Source: an uncultured Gemmatimonadaceae bacterium | GTDB taxonomy: Bacteria > Gemmatimonadota > Gemmatimonadetes > Gemmatimonadales > Gemmatimonadaceae | Assembly: GCA_963751275.1 (NCBI GenBank) | Contig: CAVVTZ010000002.1 | Coordinates: 59,954-123,953, forward strand | Direction of reading: 5' to 3' | Length of the DNA stretch: 64,000 nucleotides | Shown: in pieces, positions 9,196-18,774 of the stretch | Layout of the letters: each line of letters starts with the position of its first letter | Numbering within the stretch: the first letter of the stretch is position 1 | Notes under the pieces: model-generated | The model's database searches: none | Seen by the model: only the letters and a program-made list of their open reading frames with translations | Told to the model about the DNA's origin: nothing | Position numbers and translations under genes: made by a program

Positions 9196-9624
9196 ATGCC
9201 GATCATGACGCATCGCAAGCGGGACATCGCGCTGTCGCAGCTGGAGACGGCGCTGCGATTGCACGATGAACTCGCGCACGACTACGCCGTGATCAACCTC
9301 GCCGGCGCGGCCGAGCGGATCCTGGGTGGCATGCTCGCCGATCAGAACGTGTCCGGCCGCTTCCCGAAGGTCCGGCGATCCACGCGCCAGCTGCAGCGCT
9401 GGCTGCGCCGCGTCTCGCGCCGCTCCAGCGGGCGCCAGCGCGCGCTCACGGCCGCGCTGCGCGCGGTGGACGATCATGCGCCCGGTGATCCGCTGGTGGT
9501 GGTGTTCGACGCGCGCGCACAGGCCGCCGAGCTGCTCCACCGCGCCATCGTGCAGTTCTGGGCGCTCGAGCGACTGGCGACGCCGCGCATGGTCGCGTTC
9601 TCGGCGGCCCGCGCCGCGACCTGA
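9196..9624 (+). CDS. Hypothetical protein
   Basis: GGAGG RBS; KRDIALSQLETALRL...VINLAGAAERILG. Confidence 0.55.
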   Translation: MPIMTHRKRDIALSQLETALRLHDELAHDYAVINLAGAAERILGGMLADQNVSGRFPKVRRSTRQLQRWLRRVSRRSSGRQRALTAALRAVDDHAPGDPLVVVFDARAQAAELLHRAIVQFWALERLATPRMVAFSAARAAT

Positions 9625-9631
9625 GCGCGGC

Positions 9632-10834
9632 TCAGCGGTCGAAGGCGAACATCGCTGCGTCGCGCTCGGCGCGCCCGGTGTGCACCGCCGTGATCAGGCG
9701 CGCGGCGATCATGCTGAACGTGATGCCGTTGCCGCCATATCCGAGCGCGAAATAGGCGTTCGGGCAGCGCGCGTTCGGGCCGATGAACGGAAGGCCGTCT
9801 GCGCTCTCGCCGAAGGTGCCCGCCCACGCGTAGGCGGCGTCGAGCGCGATCTCCGGGAAACATCGGGCGAAATTCTTGTGGAGCGCGGCCGCCTTCGCCG
9901 CGAGCTTCGCATCGCGAAGACGGGCGTTCTTCCACGGGATGTCCGCGCCGCCGATCATCGCGCGATGATCGGCGGTGGTGCGGAAGTAGTGGTAGGGTCG
10001 CGCCGACTCCCAGATGAGCGCCCGGTCGGGCCACCCGGCGTAGCTCGTGAGCGGTTCGCTCACCATGGCATACGTGCTGTGCAAGGCGCCCACCCGCCGC
10101 CCGAGGAATCGCTCGGAGTCGTACCCCGTGGCGAAGACGATCCGGTCGGCGACGACCTTCGGCCCGTCCGCGGTGTGCAGCCGCATGCGCCGCCCCGCCG
10201 CCTCGAAGCGCACCATCTCCGTGCGCTCGTGCACGCGTGCGCCGTGCACGATCGCGTGCGCCAGCAGCCGGTGCGTGAAGCGCACGGGATCGATCTGCGC
10301 GTCGCCCTGCGACACGATCGCGCCGGCCGCCGGGAGCGTGGACCGCTTCGCGATCGCGGCGCGGTCGAGATACTCCACGTCGAAGCCGTGCGCCTCGAGC
10401 GACCGGAAGACGCGCTGGAGCCGCGGCAGATCCCAGCGGCGCCGCGCGAGGTACCAGCTGTCGCGGCGGGCGAAATCGCACGGGTCGCCGATGTCGAGCG
10501 TGAGCCGCCGGATCGACTCGACCGCGTCGAGCCCGAGCCGCAACGCGCGCACGGCGTTCGCTTCCCCGACTCGCGCGATCAGGTCGGGCAGCTCGACGTC
10601 CACTTCGTATTGGAGCAGGCCGGTGCTCGCGGCGGTGCTCGCCGCGGCGATGTCGCCGCACTCGAGCACGACGACATCCACCCCGGCATTGGCCAATTGG
10701 TGCGCCACGAGCGCGCCCGTGATCCCGCCCCCGACGACGGCCACTTCGCAGCGTTCGTCGCGCTTGAGCGCGGGATACGCCGCGAGGATGCCGTTCTTGA
10801 GCAGCCAGAAGGGCTGCCCCGAGCGCAGCTTCAT
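9632..10834 (-). CDS. FAD-dependent oxidoreductase (DAO/PuuB-like)
   Basis: VVGGGITG dinucleotide motif, ASTAASTGLLQYE, LGYGGNGITFS. Confidence 0.88.
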   Translation of the reverse strand: MKLRSGQPFWLLKNGILAAYPALKRDERCEVAVVGGGITGALVAHQLANAGVDVVVLECGDIAAASTAASTGLLQYEVDVELPDLIARVGEANAVRALRLGLDAVESIRRLTLDIGDPCDFARRDSWYLARRRWDLPRLQRVFRSLEAHGFDVEYLDRAAIAKRSTLPAAGAIVSQGDAQIDPVRFTHRLLAHAIVHGARVHERTEMVRFEAAGRRMRLHTADGPKVVADRIVFATGYDSERFLGRRVGALHSTYAMVSEPLTSYAGWPDRALIWESARPYHYFRTTADHRAMIGGADIPWKNARLRDAKLAAKAAALHKNFARCFPEIALDAAYAWAGTFGESADGLPFIGPNARCPNAYFALGYGGNGITFSMIAARLITAVHTGRAERDAAMFAFDR

Positions 10835-10844
10835 CGCCGCCGGA

Positions 10845-11339
10845 TCAGCCCGGCTCGGTGATCCGCGGCGGGTCGATGCCGAGCGCGGTGGCGAGATCCT
10901 CGAGATGCTCCTGCTCATCCTTGAGGATCTCGCGGATGTGCTCGCTCATCGCGTACTCGCCGAGCGCCTCGCACTGCTTCACGCGCTTGCGGTATTCCAC
11001 GATCGTCACGCGCTCGTTCTCGAGGTCGAAGCGCAGCATGTCGTCCGCCTTGCCCGACGTCTTCACGGCTTTCGCGACCACCGGCGGATCGCCGCCCAGG
11101 TAGTCGATCTGTTTGGCGATGATGATCGCGTGCCGCAATTCCTCGCCCGCGTGCTTCTCGAGCTCGGCGGCGATCGCCATGTACGCGGCGCCCTTGAGCA
11201 CCTGCGAGTAGACGACGTAGGCGATGATCGCCTGGTACTCGCGCGAGAGATCCTCGCCGAGCGCGGCGATGAGATCGGCACGCGTCACGGCGGGGGAGGC
11301 GGGGGCGCTGGCGATAGGGGGCGGGACTTTCTTGGCCAT
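10845..11339 (-). CDS. Ferritin-like/bacterioferritin-like protein
   Basis: EDLSREYQAIIAY...EELRHA...IDYLGG.P...ENE...DEQEH di-iron motifs. Confidence 0.88.
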   Translation of the reverse strand: MAKKVPPPIASAPASPAVTRADLIAALGEDLSREYQAIIAYVVYSQVLKGAAYMAIAAELEKHAGEELRHAIIIAKQIDYLGGDPPVVAKAVKTSGKADDMLRFDLENERVTIVEYRKRVKQCEALGEYAMSEHIREILKDEQEHLEDLATALGIDPPRITEPG

Positions 11340-11368
11340 GGTTCGAGGTCCGTTGGTTGGTGGTGGGA

Positions 11369-13279
11369 TCAGTCGGCGGCGCCGAGCCGGCGCCGGACCG
11401 CGGGAGTGACGGCGCGCCGCGCGGCGGCGAAGCCGCGCCACGGATCGGTCTGCTGGCGCTCGATGCGCTCCGGCACATTGCGCACGTTGAAATGATCGAA
11501 GCGCCGGTCCTCGTCGAGCTCGTTCCAGTGGATGGGCGTGGCCACGGGCGCGCCGGCGCGCGCGCGCACGGAATAGGGCGCGACGGCCGTCGCGCCTTCC
11601 GCGTTGCGCAGATGGTCCACGAAGATCTTTCCCGTGCGCCGCGACTTGCTCGCCGTGGCGGTGTACCGGTCGGGCGCCGCGTGGACCATTGCGTCGGCCA
11701 CGGCGCGGGTGAGCGCCTTGGCGTCCTTCCAGGTGATCGTCGCGCGGATCGGCACGACCACGTGCAGCCCTTTGCCGCCCGTCGTCTTGAGGAAGGCCTT
11801 GAGCCCGGCCGACTCGAAGGTCTCGCGGAGCGCGAGCACGGCGGTCACGAGATCGCGCCAGGAGATGCGGTCGTCGGGATCGAGGTCCATGATGAGGATA
11901 TCGGGGCGCGCGAGCTGCGGCGCGCGCGAGCCCCAGGGATGCAGCTCCACCACACCCCATTGCACCAGCGCGGCGAGCGCCTTCGCGGAGCCGGCGCTCG
12001 CATAGAGCGCGGCGCCGCTGCTCTCCTGCACGCGCACCCGCTGCACCGCTTCATCGATGGACTGGTCCGCGTGTTTCTGGTAGAAGCATTTCTCGCCGAT
12101 GCCATTGGGGCACCGGAGCAGGCTGAGCGGCCGGTGGCGGAGATGCGGGAGCATGACGGGCGCGATGCGCGCGTAGTACTGCGCCAGCTCGAGCTTGGTC
12201 GGGCCATCCGGCGGGAAGAGTTGTTTGTCCGGGTGCGAGATCCGGATGCCCGACACGGATCCGGCGGCCGCGGCGGCGCGGGCGGCGCTCGCGCGGCCGT
12301 TCTTCACGGCCACCGGCCGCTCGCGCACCACCTCCGATGCTTTCTTGTCCACGCGTAGCCCCTTGAAGGAGGGATGACGCAGCGCGCCGTCCGCGCTCCA
12401 CTCGGTGAAGTCCACTTCGGCCACGAGGTCGGGCCGCACCCAATGCACGCCCTTCGCCATCGCGCCGCGCGGCGGATCCGTGAAGGGCGTGCGCGCCCGA
12501 GCGCGGCGCTTGAGCTTGCCCGTGATCTCGTCGAGCGTGGCGGCGTCGAAGCCGGTGCCGACGCGGCCCGCATAGCGGAGTTTGCCGCGATCGTACACGC
12601 CGAGCAGGAGCGCGCCGAATCCCGCGCGGCCCCCCTGCGGATCGGTGTAACCGCCCACCACCAGCTCCTGGCGCCGCGTGCATTTCACCTTCACCCAGTC
12701 GCGCGACCGCTCGCCGCTGCGGTAGGGCGAATCCGCGCGCTTCGACATCGCGCCCTCCAGGGAGAGCGCGCACGCCTGCTTGAAGAACTCGGCGCCGGAA
12801 CCGCCCGCCTCCGGCCCCACGCGCACGTGCTTGGTGCCCCGCCCCACGATCTTGTGCAGGCGCTTCTTCCGCTCGGTGAGCGGCAGCGCACGGATGTCTT
12901 CGCCATCCACATACATGACGTCGAACAGGATGAGCGTGAGCTGCGCGGCGCGCGGCGACGCGATGGCGTTCTGGAGCGCCTGGAAATCCGAGCGCCCCTT
13001 CGCGTCCAGCGCGACCAGCTCGCCGTCGAACCAGCCATTGGCCACGCGCAGCCGCGCGAGATCGGCGGCGATCGCGCCGAGCTGCGCCGTCCACTCTTTG
13101 CCGTTCCGCGAGAAGATGCGCGCGTCGCCATCCTCCACGCGGCAGAGCATGCGATAGCCATCGTACTTGATCTCGTGCAGCCAGCCGGCGCCCGCCGGCG
13201 CGCTCTTCACGAGCGTCGCGAGCATCGGCTGCATCGCCGCCGGAATGGGGCGGCGCGACACCTTCAGGGTCGCGCTCAT
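11369..13279 (-). CDS. ligD: NHEJ DNA ligase D (ligase plus polymerase domains)
   Basis: EIKYDGYR, WVKVKC, LRHPSFKGLR, ISHPDK, DLDP, KTTGGKGLHV. Confidence 0.93.
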   Translation of the reverse strand: MSATLKVSRRPIPAAMQPMLATLVKSAPAGAGWLHEIKYDGYRMLCRVEDGDARIFSRNGKEWTAQLGAIAADLARLRVANGWFDGELVALDAKGRSDFQALQNAIASPRAAQLTLILFDVMYVDGEDIRALPLTERKKRLHKIVGRGTKHVRVGPEAGGSGAEFFKQACALSLEGAMSKRADSPYRSGERSRDWVKVKCTRRQELVVGGYTDPQGGRAGFGALLLGVYDRGKLRYAGRVGTGFDAATLDEITGKLKRRARARTPFTDPPRGAMAKGVHWVRPDLVAEVDFTEWSADGALRHPSFKGLRVDKKASEVVRERPVAVKNGRASAARAAAAAGSVSGIRISHPDKQLFPPDGPTKLELAQYYARIAPVMLPHLRHRPLSLLRCPNGIGEKCFYQKHADQSIDEAVQRVRVQESSGAALYASAGSAKALAALVQWGVVELHPWGSRAPQLARPDILIMDLDPDDRISWRDLVTAVLALRETFESAGLKAFLKTTGGKGLHVVVPIRATITWKDAKALTRAVADAMVHAAPDRYTATASKSRRTGKIFVDHLRNAEGATAVAPYSVRARAGAPVATPIHWNELDEDRRFDHFNVRNVPERIERQQTDPWRGFAAARRAVTPAVRRRLGAAD

Positions 13280-14124
13280 GCGTGCTTGCGGCGGCGCGCC
13301 GGTGTGTGGCGTGCCGCCGTCGCCGGCTTCTCGGCGAGACTGCGCTTGAGCAGCGCCGTGAGATCGAGCACCTTGCCGCCGCCGGTCTCGCGCGCGGGCT
13401 TCTCCTCGGGCTCGGCGATGCGCTCGGTGTCGCCCCGCTTGATCTTCTTCTTGATCAGCGCGAGCAGGTCGCGGTGGTACGTGTCCACGAAGCCCTTGGG
13501 ATCCCACTCGGCGGTGAGATCGTCCACCAGGCGCTTCGCGAGCTGGAGGTCCTTCGCCGACACGGCGGCGGCTTTCATGCCGGCGGGGGGGAGCTCGAGT
13601 CCCTTCGCGCCGCGCAGCTCGCCGGCGTAGCGCATGATGACGAGCATGAGTGCCGGGCCGTTCACCGTGATCGCCGCGAGATGCTGGGTGGTGTGCAGGA
13701 CGATCTGCGCGATCGCGATGAGGCCGGTGTCGCGGAGCGTCTCACGCAGGAGCGCATAACTTTTCGAGCCGCGCTTGCCGGGCACGAGGTAGTACGGCGT
13801 CTCGTAGAACCAGACGGGCACGTCGCCGGCCTTCACGAAGGTGTGGATGTCGATCGTCTGCGTGGCCTTCACGTTCGCCTTCTGGAAATCCGCGTCGGTG
13901 AGCACCACGTACCGGCCGTCCTCGTACTCGTGCCCCTTCACGATGTCGCCCCACGAGACTTCCTTCCCGGTGCTCTTGTTGTAGCGCTTGTAGCCCACGG
14001 GCGACAAGTCGTGCTTGTCGAGCATCGTGAACGAGAAGTCGCGGCGGTCCTCCGCCGGCCGGAGTTCCACCGGAACACTGACCAGCCCGAAGGAGAGCGA
14101 GCCGCTCCACAGTGCGCGTGCCAT
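13276..14124 (-). CDS. ku: NHEJ Ku protein
   Basis: MARALWSGSLSFGLVSVPV...IVKGHEY...PYYLVP...DLTALLKRSL. Confidence 0.95.
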   Translation of the reverse strand: MARALWSGSLSFGLVSVPVELRPAEDRRDFSFTMLDKHDLSPVGYKRYNKSTGKEVSWGDIVKGHEYEDGRYVVLTDADFQKANVKATQTIDIHTFVKAGDVPVWFYETPYYLVPGKRGSKSYALLRETLRDTGLIAIAQIVLHTTQHLAAITVNGPALMLVIMRYAGELRGAKGLELPPAGMKAAAVSAKDLQLAKRLVDDLTAEWDPKGFVDTYHRDLLALIKKKIKRGDTERIAEPEEKPARETGGGKVLDLTALLKRSLAEKPATAARHTPARRRKHA

Positions 14125-14151
14125 GATCGGTCCTCCATCGCGTACAAAGCG

Positions 14152-14233
14152 GGAACGAAAAAGGCGCGAGAGATCGATGGGTCCGATCTCCTCGCGCCTT
14201 CGACTCGCGGTCCGCTTGCTCCGCGCGTCAAGG
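14152..14233 (-). promoter_or_regulatory. Conserved leader RNA, copy F (upstream of ku-ligD operon)
   Basis: CCTTG-ACG-CGCGG/CCGCG-AGTCGAAGGCGCG...CGCGCCTT-TTTCGTT. Confidence 0.78.
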
Positions 14234-14363
14234 TGGCCGCTGGAGCGGCCGCTGTGCTACATTGGAATATTGTGCTCCCGCTCCGGCGCCGCAAGGCGCC
14301 GGGATGCAGTCCTATCTACTAACGCCCCTCAGTTCCAAACGCGTACGACCAACGACTGTTTCT

Positions 14364-14909
14364 CTATTTCGTGATATCGATCGCCGTCGACTCGTTGTAG
14401 CTCAGGATCATCTGGTCGCCGACCTTCGCGCTGTTGAACGCCGTGACGCCCGGATTGACCTTGAACGAGAACGATTTCCCCGCCGAATCGGTGAATCCGA
14501 TCGTGCGCGTCGCCATGTCCACGGACGTGATCTTGCACGTCACGTTGACGACCTTCACCTCATCGAGATCGGGCAGTCCGGCGGGCGTGATCGTCACCGT
14601 TGGCGGCGGCGCCGCTGCCGACGCATCGCCCGGCCGCCGCAGATACAGCACCACCGACTCCACGAAGCGCACGGTCACGGTGTCGCCCACCTGCACCTTG
14701 TACAGGTTCGCCGCCTTCGCCGGGATCGTGAACTGGTGGAGCGCACCATGCGGTCCCTGCACGATGAGTTGATGCGCCTGATAATCATTGCTCAACACGA
14801 TCCCTCTCCACGCGGACACCGGACTCGCGACCTTCGTCTTCGGCGCCTGCGCCCCGACCGCGCTCGCGATCAGGACCGCTCCCAGAATTCCTGTGATGAC
14901 ACGACGCAT
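14364..14909 (-). CDS. Secreted protein with two beta-rich (OB-like) repeats
   Basis: Signal peptide MRRVITGILGAVLIASAVGA; duplicated KVQVGDTV/KVGDQM motifs. Confidence 0.7.
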   Translation of the reverse strand: MRRVITGILGAVLIASAVGAQAPKTKVASPVSAWRGIVLSNDYQAHQLIVQGPHGALHQFTIPAKAANLYKVQVGDTVTVRFVESVVLYLRRPGDASAAAPPPTVTITPAGLPDLDEVKVVNVTCKITSVDMATRTIGFTDSAGKSFSFKVNPGVTAFNSAKVGDQMILSYNESTAIDITK

Positions 14910-14974
14910 GTTCACCGACCTCGGCATTGTTGTAGTAGGCTTCATCCAACGTCTAACGTCCAACGTCCGTGTTG

Positions 14975-15184
14975 TCAGCCCTCGTATTTGAACGACACCT
15001 TCACCTTCGCCCGGTACGCCTCGACCTTCCCATCCTTCATCGTCATGTCCATCTGAACGACTTCAGCCACCCGCAGGCCGCGGATCGTCTTCGCCGCGCG
15101 CTTCACCGCCGCGGCCGCCGCCTTCTCCCAACTCTCGGTGCTCGTGCCCACCAGCTCGATGACCTTGTAGACGCTCTCCGCCAT
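14975..15184 (-). CDS. Dodecin family flavin-binding protein
   Basis: SVYKVIELVGTSTESWEKAA...YRAKVKVSFKY. Confidence 0.93.
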   Translation of the reverse strand: MAESVYKVIELVGTSTESWEKAAAAAVKRAAKTIRGLRVAEVVQMDMTMKDGKVEAYRAKVKVSFKYEG

Positions 15185-15377
15185 AAGAACCCCCTCGTTC
15201 ACGTTTCGGTGTTGCGCGTCCCGCGGCGCTTCCCTCTTCCCGCTCCCCGCGCAGTTCCCATAACGTGTGACACGAGCGCCGCGCGCGGAAGTGCCAAGAT
15301 GCACGTCGCCTATTGACTCCCCCCCGCCGCGGAGCTTGAATATGCGGCGACCCCATTTCCGCTCTCCGAGGATATTC

Positions 15378-16175
15378 ATGGCGCAGGCGCAGCTCCCCGT
15401 CATCCACCGCGGCTTCGGCGAAACGATGCGGACCGATGCGTGGTGGGTCCGGCCCCTGATCATCGTGATCGTGCTCGGTGGGTTCCTCGGCTACGCCAAC
15501 TGGGCGACCTTTCAGGGAGACCACTACCAGTTCGGTAACTACCTGTCGCCATTCTACTCCCCGCTGATGTGGGGAAGCTCGAAGTTCGCCTGGTTCGCCA
15601 CGCGACCAGCATGGTTCCCGGCCTGGTTCACCCCGGCCATGGTGATTCTCCCCTTTCCGGGTTTGTTTCGGGTCACCTGCTACTACTATAGAGGTGCGTA
15701 TTACCGGTCCTTCTGGGCCGACCCCCCGGGCTGCGCCGTGGGCGAGCCGCGCAAGACATACTGGGGTGAGAAGTCCTTCCCGCTCATCCTCCAGAACATC
15801 CACCGCTATTTCCTCTACGCGGCGGTCATTTTCCTGGTGATCCTTTCCACCGATGTGTGGCACGCGCTCTGGTTCACCGACGCGGCCACCGGCGTCGAGC
15901 ACTTCGGCATCGGTGTCGGCACGCTCGTGCTCGCGGTGAACGTGGTGCTGCTCACCGGCTACACCTTCGGCTGCCACTCCCTGCGCCATATCGTGGGCGG
16001 GCATCTCGACAGCCTCGCCGGCCGCCCGGTGCGCCGCACCGCGTACGAATGCGCGAGCTGTCTCAATCGCCGCCACATGTACTGGGCGTACATGAGCCTC
16101 TTCTCCGTGATGTTCGCCGACATCTACGTGCGCCTGTGCTCCATGGGGATCTGGACGGACTGGAGGCTCTTCTAG
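15378..16175 (+). CDS. Succinate dehydrogenase membrane anchor, Sdh1/Rv0249c-like
   Basis: RTDAWW, YLSPFYSP, FRVTCYYYRGAYYR.FW.DPPGCAV.EP, NIHRYF, GCHSLRH. Confidence 0.85.
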   Translation: MAQAQLPVIHRGFGETMRTDAWWVRPLIIVIVLGGFLGYANWATFQGDHYQFGNYLSPFYSPLMWGSSKFAWFATRPAWFPAWFTPAMVILPFPGLFRVTCYYYRGAYYRSFWADPPGCAVGEPRKTYWGEKSFPLILQNIHRYFLYAAVIFLVILSTDVWHALWFTDAATGVEHFGIGVGTLVLAVNVVLLTGYTFGCHSLRHIVGGHLDSLAGRPVRRTAYECASCLNRRHMYWAYMSLFSVMFADIYVRLCSMGIWTDWRLF

Positions 16176-17993
16176 ATGGCGGAATTCGAGACGCAGGATC
16201 ACGACGTGCTCGTGATCGGCGCCGGCGGCGCCGGACTCCGCGCCGCCATCGAGGCCGCCTCCGCCGGCGTGAAGGTGGGCGTCGTCTGCAAGTCGCTGCT
16301 CGGCAAAGCGCACACGGTGATGGCCGAAGGCGGTGTGGCCGCCGCGCTCGGCAACGTGGACGACCGCGACAACTGGCGCGTCCATTTCGCCGACACGATG
16401 CGCGGCGGCCAGTATCTCAACAACTGGCGTATGGCCGAGCTGCACGCCAAGGAAGCGCCGGCGCGCGTGAACGAGCTCGAAGCATGGGGCGCGGTGTTCG
16501 ACCGCACCCCCGACGGCAAGATCCTGCAGCGCAACTTCGGCGGCCACCGCTATCCGCGGCTCGCGCACGTGGGCGATCGCACCGGCCTTGAGATCATCCG
16601 CACCCTGCAGGACCATGCGATCCACCAGAAGGTGGATGTCTTCATGGAGTGCACCGTGATCGCACTCCTCAAGGACGAGGGACGCATTGCCGGCGCACTC
16701 GGTTACGACCGCGAGCGCGGGCGCTTCAAGCTCTGGCGCGCGAAGGCGGTGGTGCTCGCCACCGGCGGCATTGGGAAGTCGTTCAGCGTCACGAGCAATT
16801 CCTGGGAATACACGGGCGACGGGCACGCGCTCGCGTACGTCGCCGGCGCGGAGCTCGTGGACATGGAGTTCGTGCAATTCCATCCCACCGGCATGGTGTG
16901 GCCGCCGAGCGTGCGCGGGCTGCTCGTGACCGAAGGGGTGCGCGGCGAGGGCGGCATCCTCACGAACAAGGAGGGTCGCCGCTTCATGTTCGATTCGATC
17001 CCCGACAACTACAAGTCGCAGACCGCCACGGACGAAGAAGAAGGCTGGCGCTACACGCAGGGGGACAAGAACGCGCGCCGTCCGCCCGAGCTGCTCACGC
17101 GCGACCACGTGGCGCGCTGCATCATGCGCGAGGTGCGCGAGGGGCGCGGCTCGCCGCACGGCGGCGTATTCCTGGACATCTCCTGGATCAAGAAGCGCAT
17201 TCCCAACGGCGCCGAGCACATCCGCAAGAAGCTCCCGAGCATGTACCAGCAGTTCAAGGAACTCGCGGACATCGACATTACCGAGACGCCAATGGAGGTC
17301 GGGCCCACCACGCACTACATGATGGGCGGCGTGCGGGTGGACGGCGACACGCAGATGTCCACCGTGCCGGGGCTGTTCGCCGCCGGGGAAGTGGGCGCGG
17401 GCCTGCACGGCGCGAACCGGCTGGGCGGGAATTCGCTGTCGGACCTGCTCGTGTTCGGCAAGCGCGCCGGCGAGCACGCCGCGAAATTCGCGAAGGACCA
17501 CAAGCGGCCCATCGTGGATGCCGCCGAAGCGGAGCGCGAGATGAACATCGCGCTGCAGCCCTTCGAACGCGCGGTGAGCGACGGCGAGGGACCCTTCGCG
17601 ATCCAGCACGATCTGCAGGGCTCGATGCAGGATCTCGTGGGCATCGTGCGCGACGACACGCACATGCGCCGCGCCCTCGATGCCATTGAGGCGCTCAAGA
17701 CACGCATGCGGCGCGTGGCCGTCAGCGGGCACCGCGAGTACAATCCGGGGTGGCACACCGCGCTCGACCTGCGGAATCAGCTCATCGTGAGCGAGGCGAT
17801 CACCCGCGCCGCGCTCGACCGCAAGGAGAGCCGCGGCGCACAGTTCCGCGAAGACTTCCCCGAGAAGGATCCCGAAGCGGCGAAGTTCAACATCGTGGTG
17901 CGGCAGGGGGCAGGACAGCGGATGGAGCTGCAGCGCCGTCCCATCCCGCCCATGCCCCCGGAGCTCGCGCAGATCATCGAGGAGATGAAGTGA
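16176..17993 (+). CDS. sdhA: Succinate dehydrogenase/fumarate reductase flavoprotein subunit
   Basis: GAGGAG, AHTVMAEGG (FAD His), QFHPTG, HYMMGG, HGANRLGGNSL. Confidence 0.95.
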   Translation: MAEFETQDHDVLVIGAGGAGLRAAIEAASAGVKVGVVCKSLLGKAHTVMAEGGVAAALGNVDDRDNWRVHFADTMRGGQYLNNWRMAELHAKEAPARVNELEAWGAVFDRTPDGKILQRNFGGHRYPRLAHVGDRTGLEIIRTLQDHAIHQKVDVFMECTVIALLKDEGRIAGALGYDRERGRFKLWRAKAVVLATGGIGKSFSVTSNSWEYTGDGHALAYVAGAELVDMEFVQFHPTGMVWPPSVRGLLVTEGVRGEGGILTNKEGRRFMFDSIPDNYKSQTATDEEEGWRYTQGDKNARRPPELLTRDHVARCIMREVREGRGSPHGGVFLDISWIKKRIPNGAEHIRKKLPSMYQQFKELADIDITETPMEVGPTTHYMMGGVRVDGDTQMSTVPGLFAAGEVGAGLHGANRLGGNSLSDLLVFGKRAGEHAAKFAKDHKRPIVDAAEAEREMNIALQPFERAVSDGEGPFAIQHDLQGSMQDLVGIVRDDTHMRRALDAIEALKTRMRRVAVSGHREYNPGWHTALDLRNQLIVSEAITRAALDRKESRGAQFREDFPEKDPEAAKFNIVVRQGAGQRMELQRRPIPPMPPELAQIIEEMK

Positions 17994-18757
17994 TGCCCAC
18001 CGAGACCAAGGCGACCTTCCAGATCTGGCGCGGCGACCGGGAGAAAGGCGCACTCAAGGACTACACGATCCCGGTCAGCGACGGGATGGTGGTGCTCGAC
18101 GCGGTGCACCAGATCCAGGCCGAGCAGGCCAACGACCTCGCCGTGCGGTGGAACTGCAAGGCCGGCAAGTGCGGCTCCTGCTCCGCCGAGGTGAATGGCA
18201 ATCCATGTCTCATGTGCATGACGCGGCTCAGCGATCTCGACCTCGCGAAGCCGGTGACGGTGGAGCCGATGCGCGCCTTCCCGCCGATCCGCGATCTCGT
18301 CACGGATGTCTCCTGGAACTATCGCGTGAAGAAGGGGATCAAACCCTTCACACCGCGGAAGCCCGACGCGCCCGACGGCACGTGGCGGATGCAACAAGCG
18401 GACGTCGAACGCGTGCAGGAGTTCCGGAAGTGCATCGAATGCTATTTGTGCCAGGATGTGTGCCACGTGCTGCGCGACCACGGGAAGCAGGAGGAATTCA
18501 TCGGGCCGCGCTTCTTCGTGTACTCGGCCGCGCTCGAGATGCACCCGCTGGATGTCGCCGACCGCGTGCCGGACCTGAAGGAGAGCCAGGGGATCGGCTA
18601 CTGCAACATCACGAAATGCTGCACGGCCGTATGCCCCGAGCACATCACGATCACGGACAACGCGATCATCCCGCTCAAGGAGCGCGTGGTGGATGAGTTC
18701 TTCGATCCGGTGGGCAAGCTCGTGAAGATCTTCAGCCGGAAGAAGGCCAAGGCCTGA
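17993..18757 (+). CDS. sdhB: Succinate dehydrogenase iron-sulfur subunit
   Basis: CKAGKCGSC, CIECYLCQDVC, CNITKCCTAVCP. Confidence 0.95.
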   Translation: MPTETKATFQIWRGDREKGALKDYTIPVSDGMVVLDAVHQIQAEQANDLAVRWNCKAGKCGSCSAEVNGNPCLMCMTRLSDLDLAKPVTVEPMRAFPPIRDLVTDVSWNYRVKKGIKPFTPRKPDAPDGTWRMQQADVERVQEFRKCIECYLCQDVCHVLRDHGKQEEFIGPRFFVYSAALEMHPLDVADRVPDLKESQGIGYCNITKCCTAVCPEHITITDNAIIPLKERVVDEFFDPVGKLVKIFSRKKAKA

Positions 18758-18774
18758 GCCGCAGGAGGCGCGCC

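Noticed and set aside
916..14233. Leader as a canonical ANTAR target or sigma-54 promoter
   Set aside because: AAGGCG resembles NasR/NasT leaders, but there are no tandem hexaloop hairpins with A1/G4 and no ANTAR domain is seen; TTGGC is not followed by GC at the -12 spacing
15063..18053. 996-aa minus-strand ORF
   Set aside because: Antisense shadow of the sdh genes
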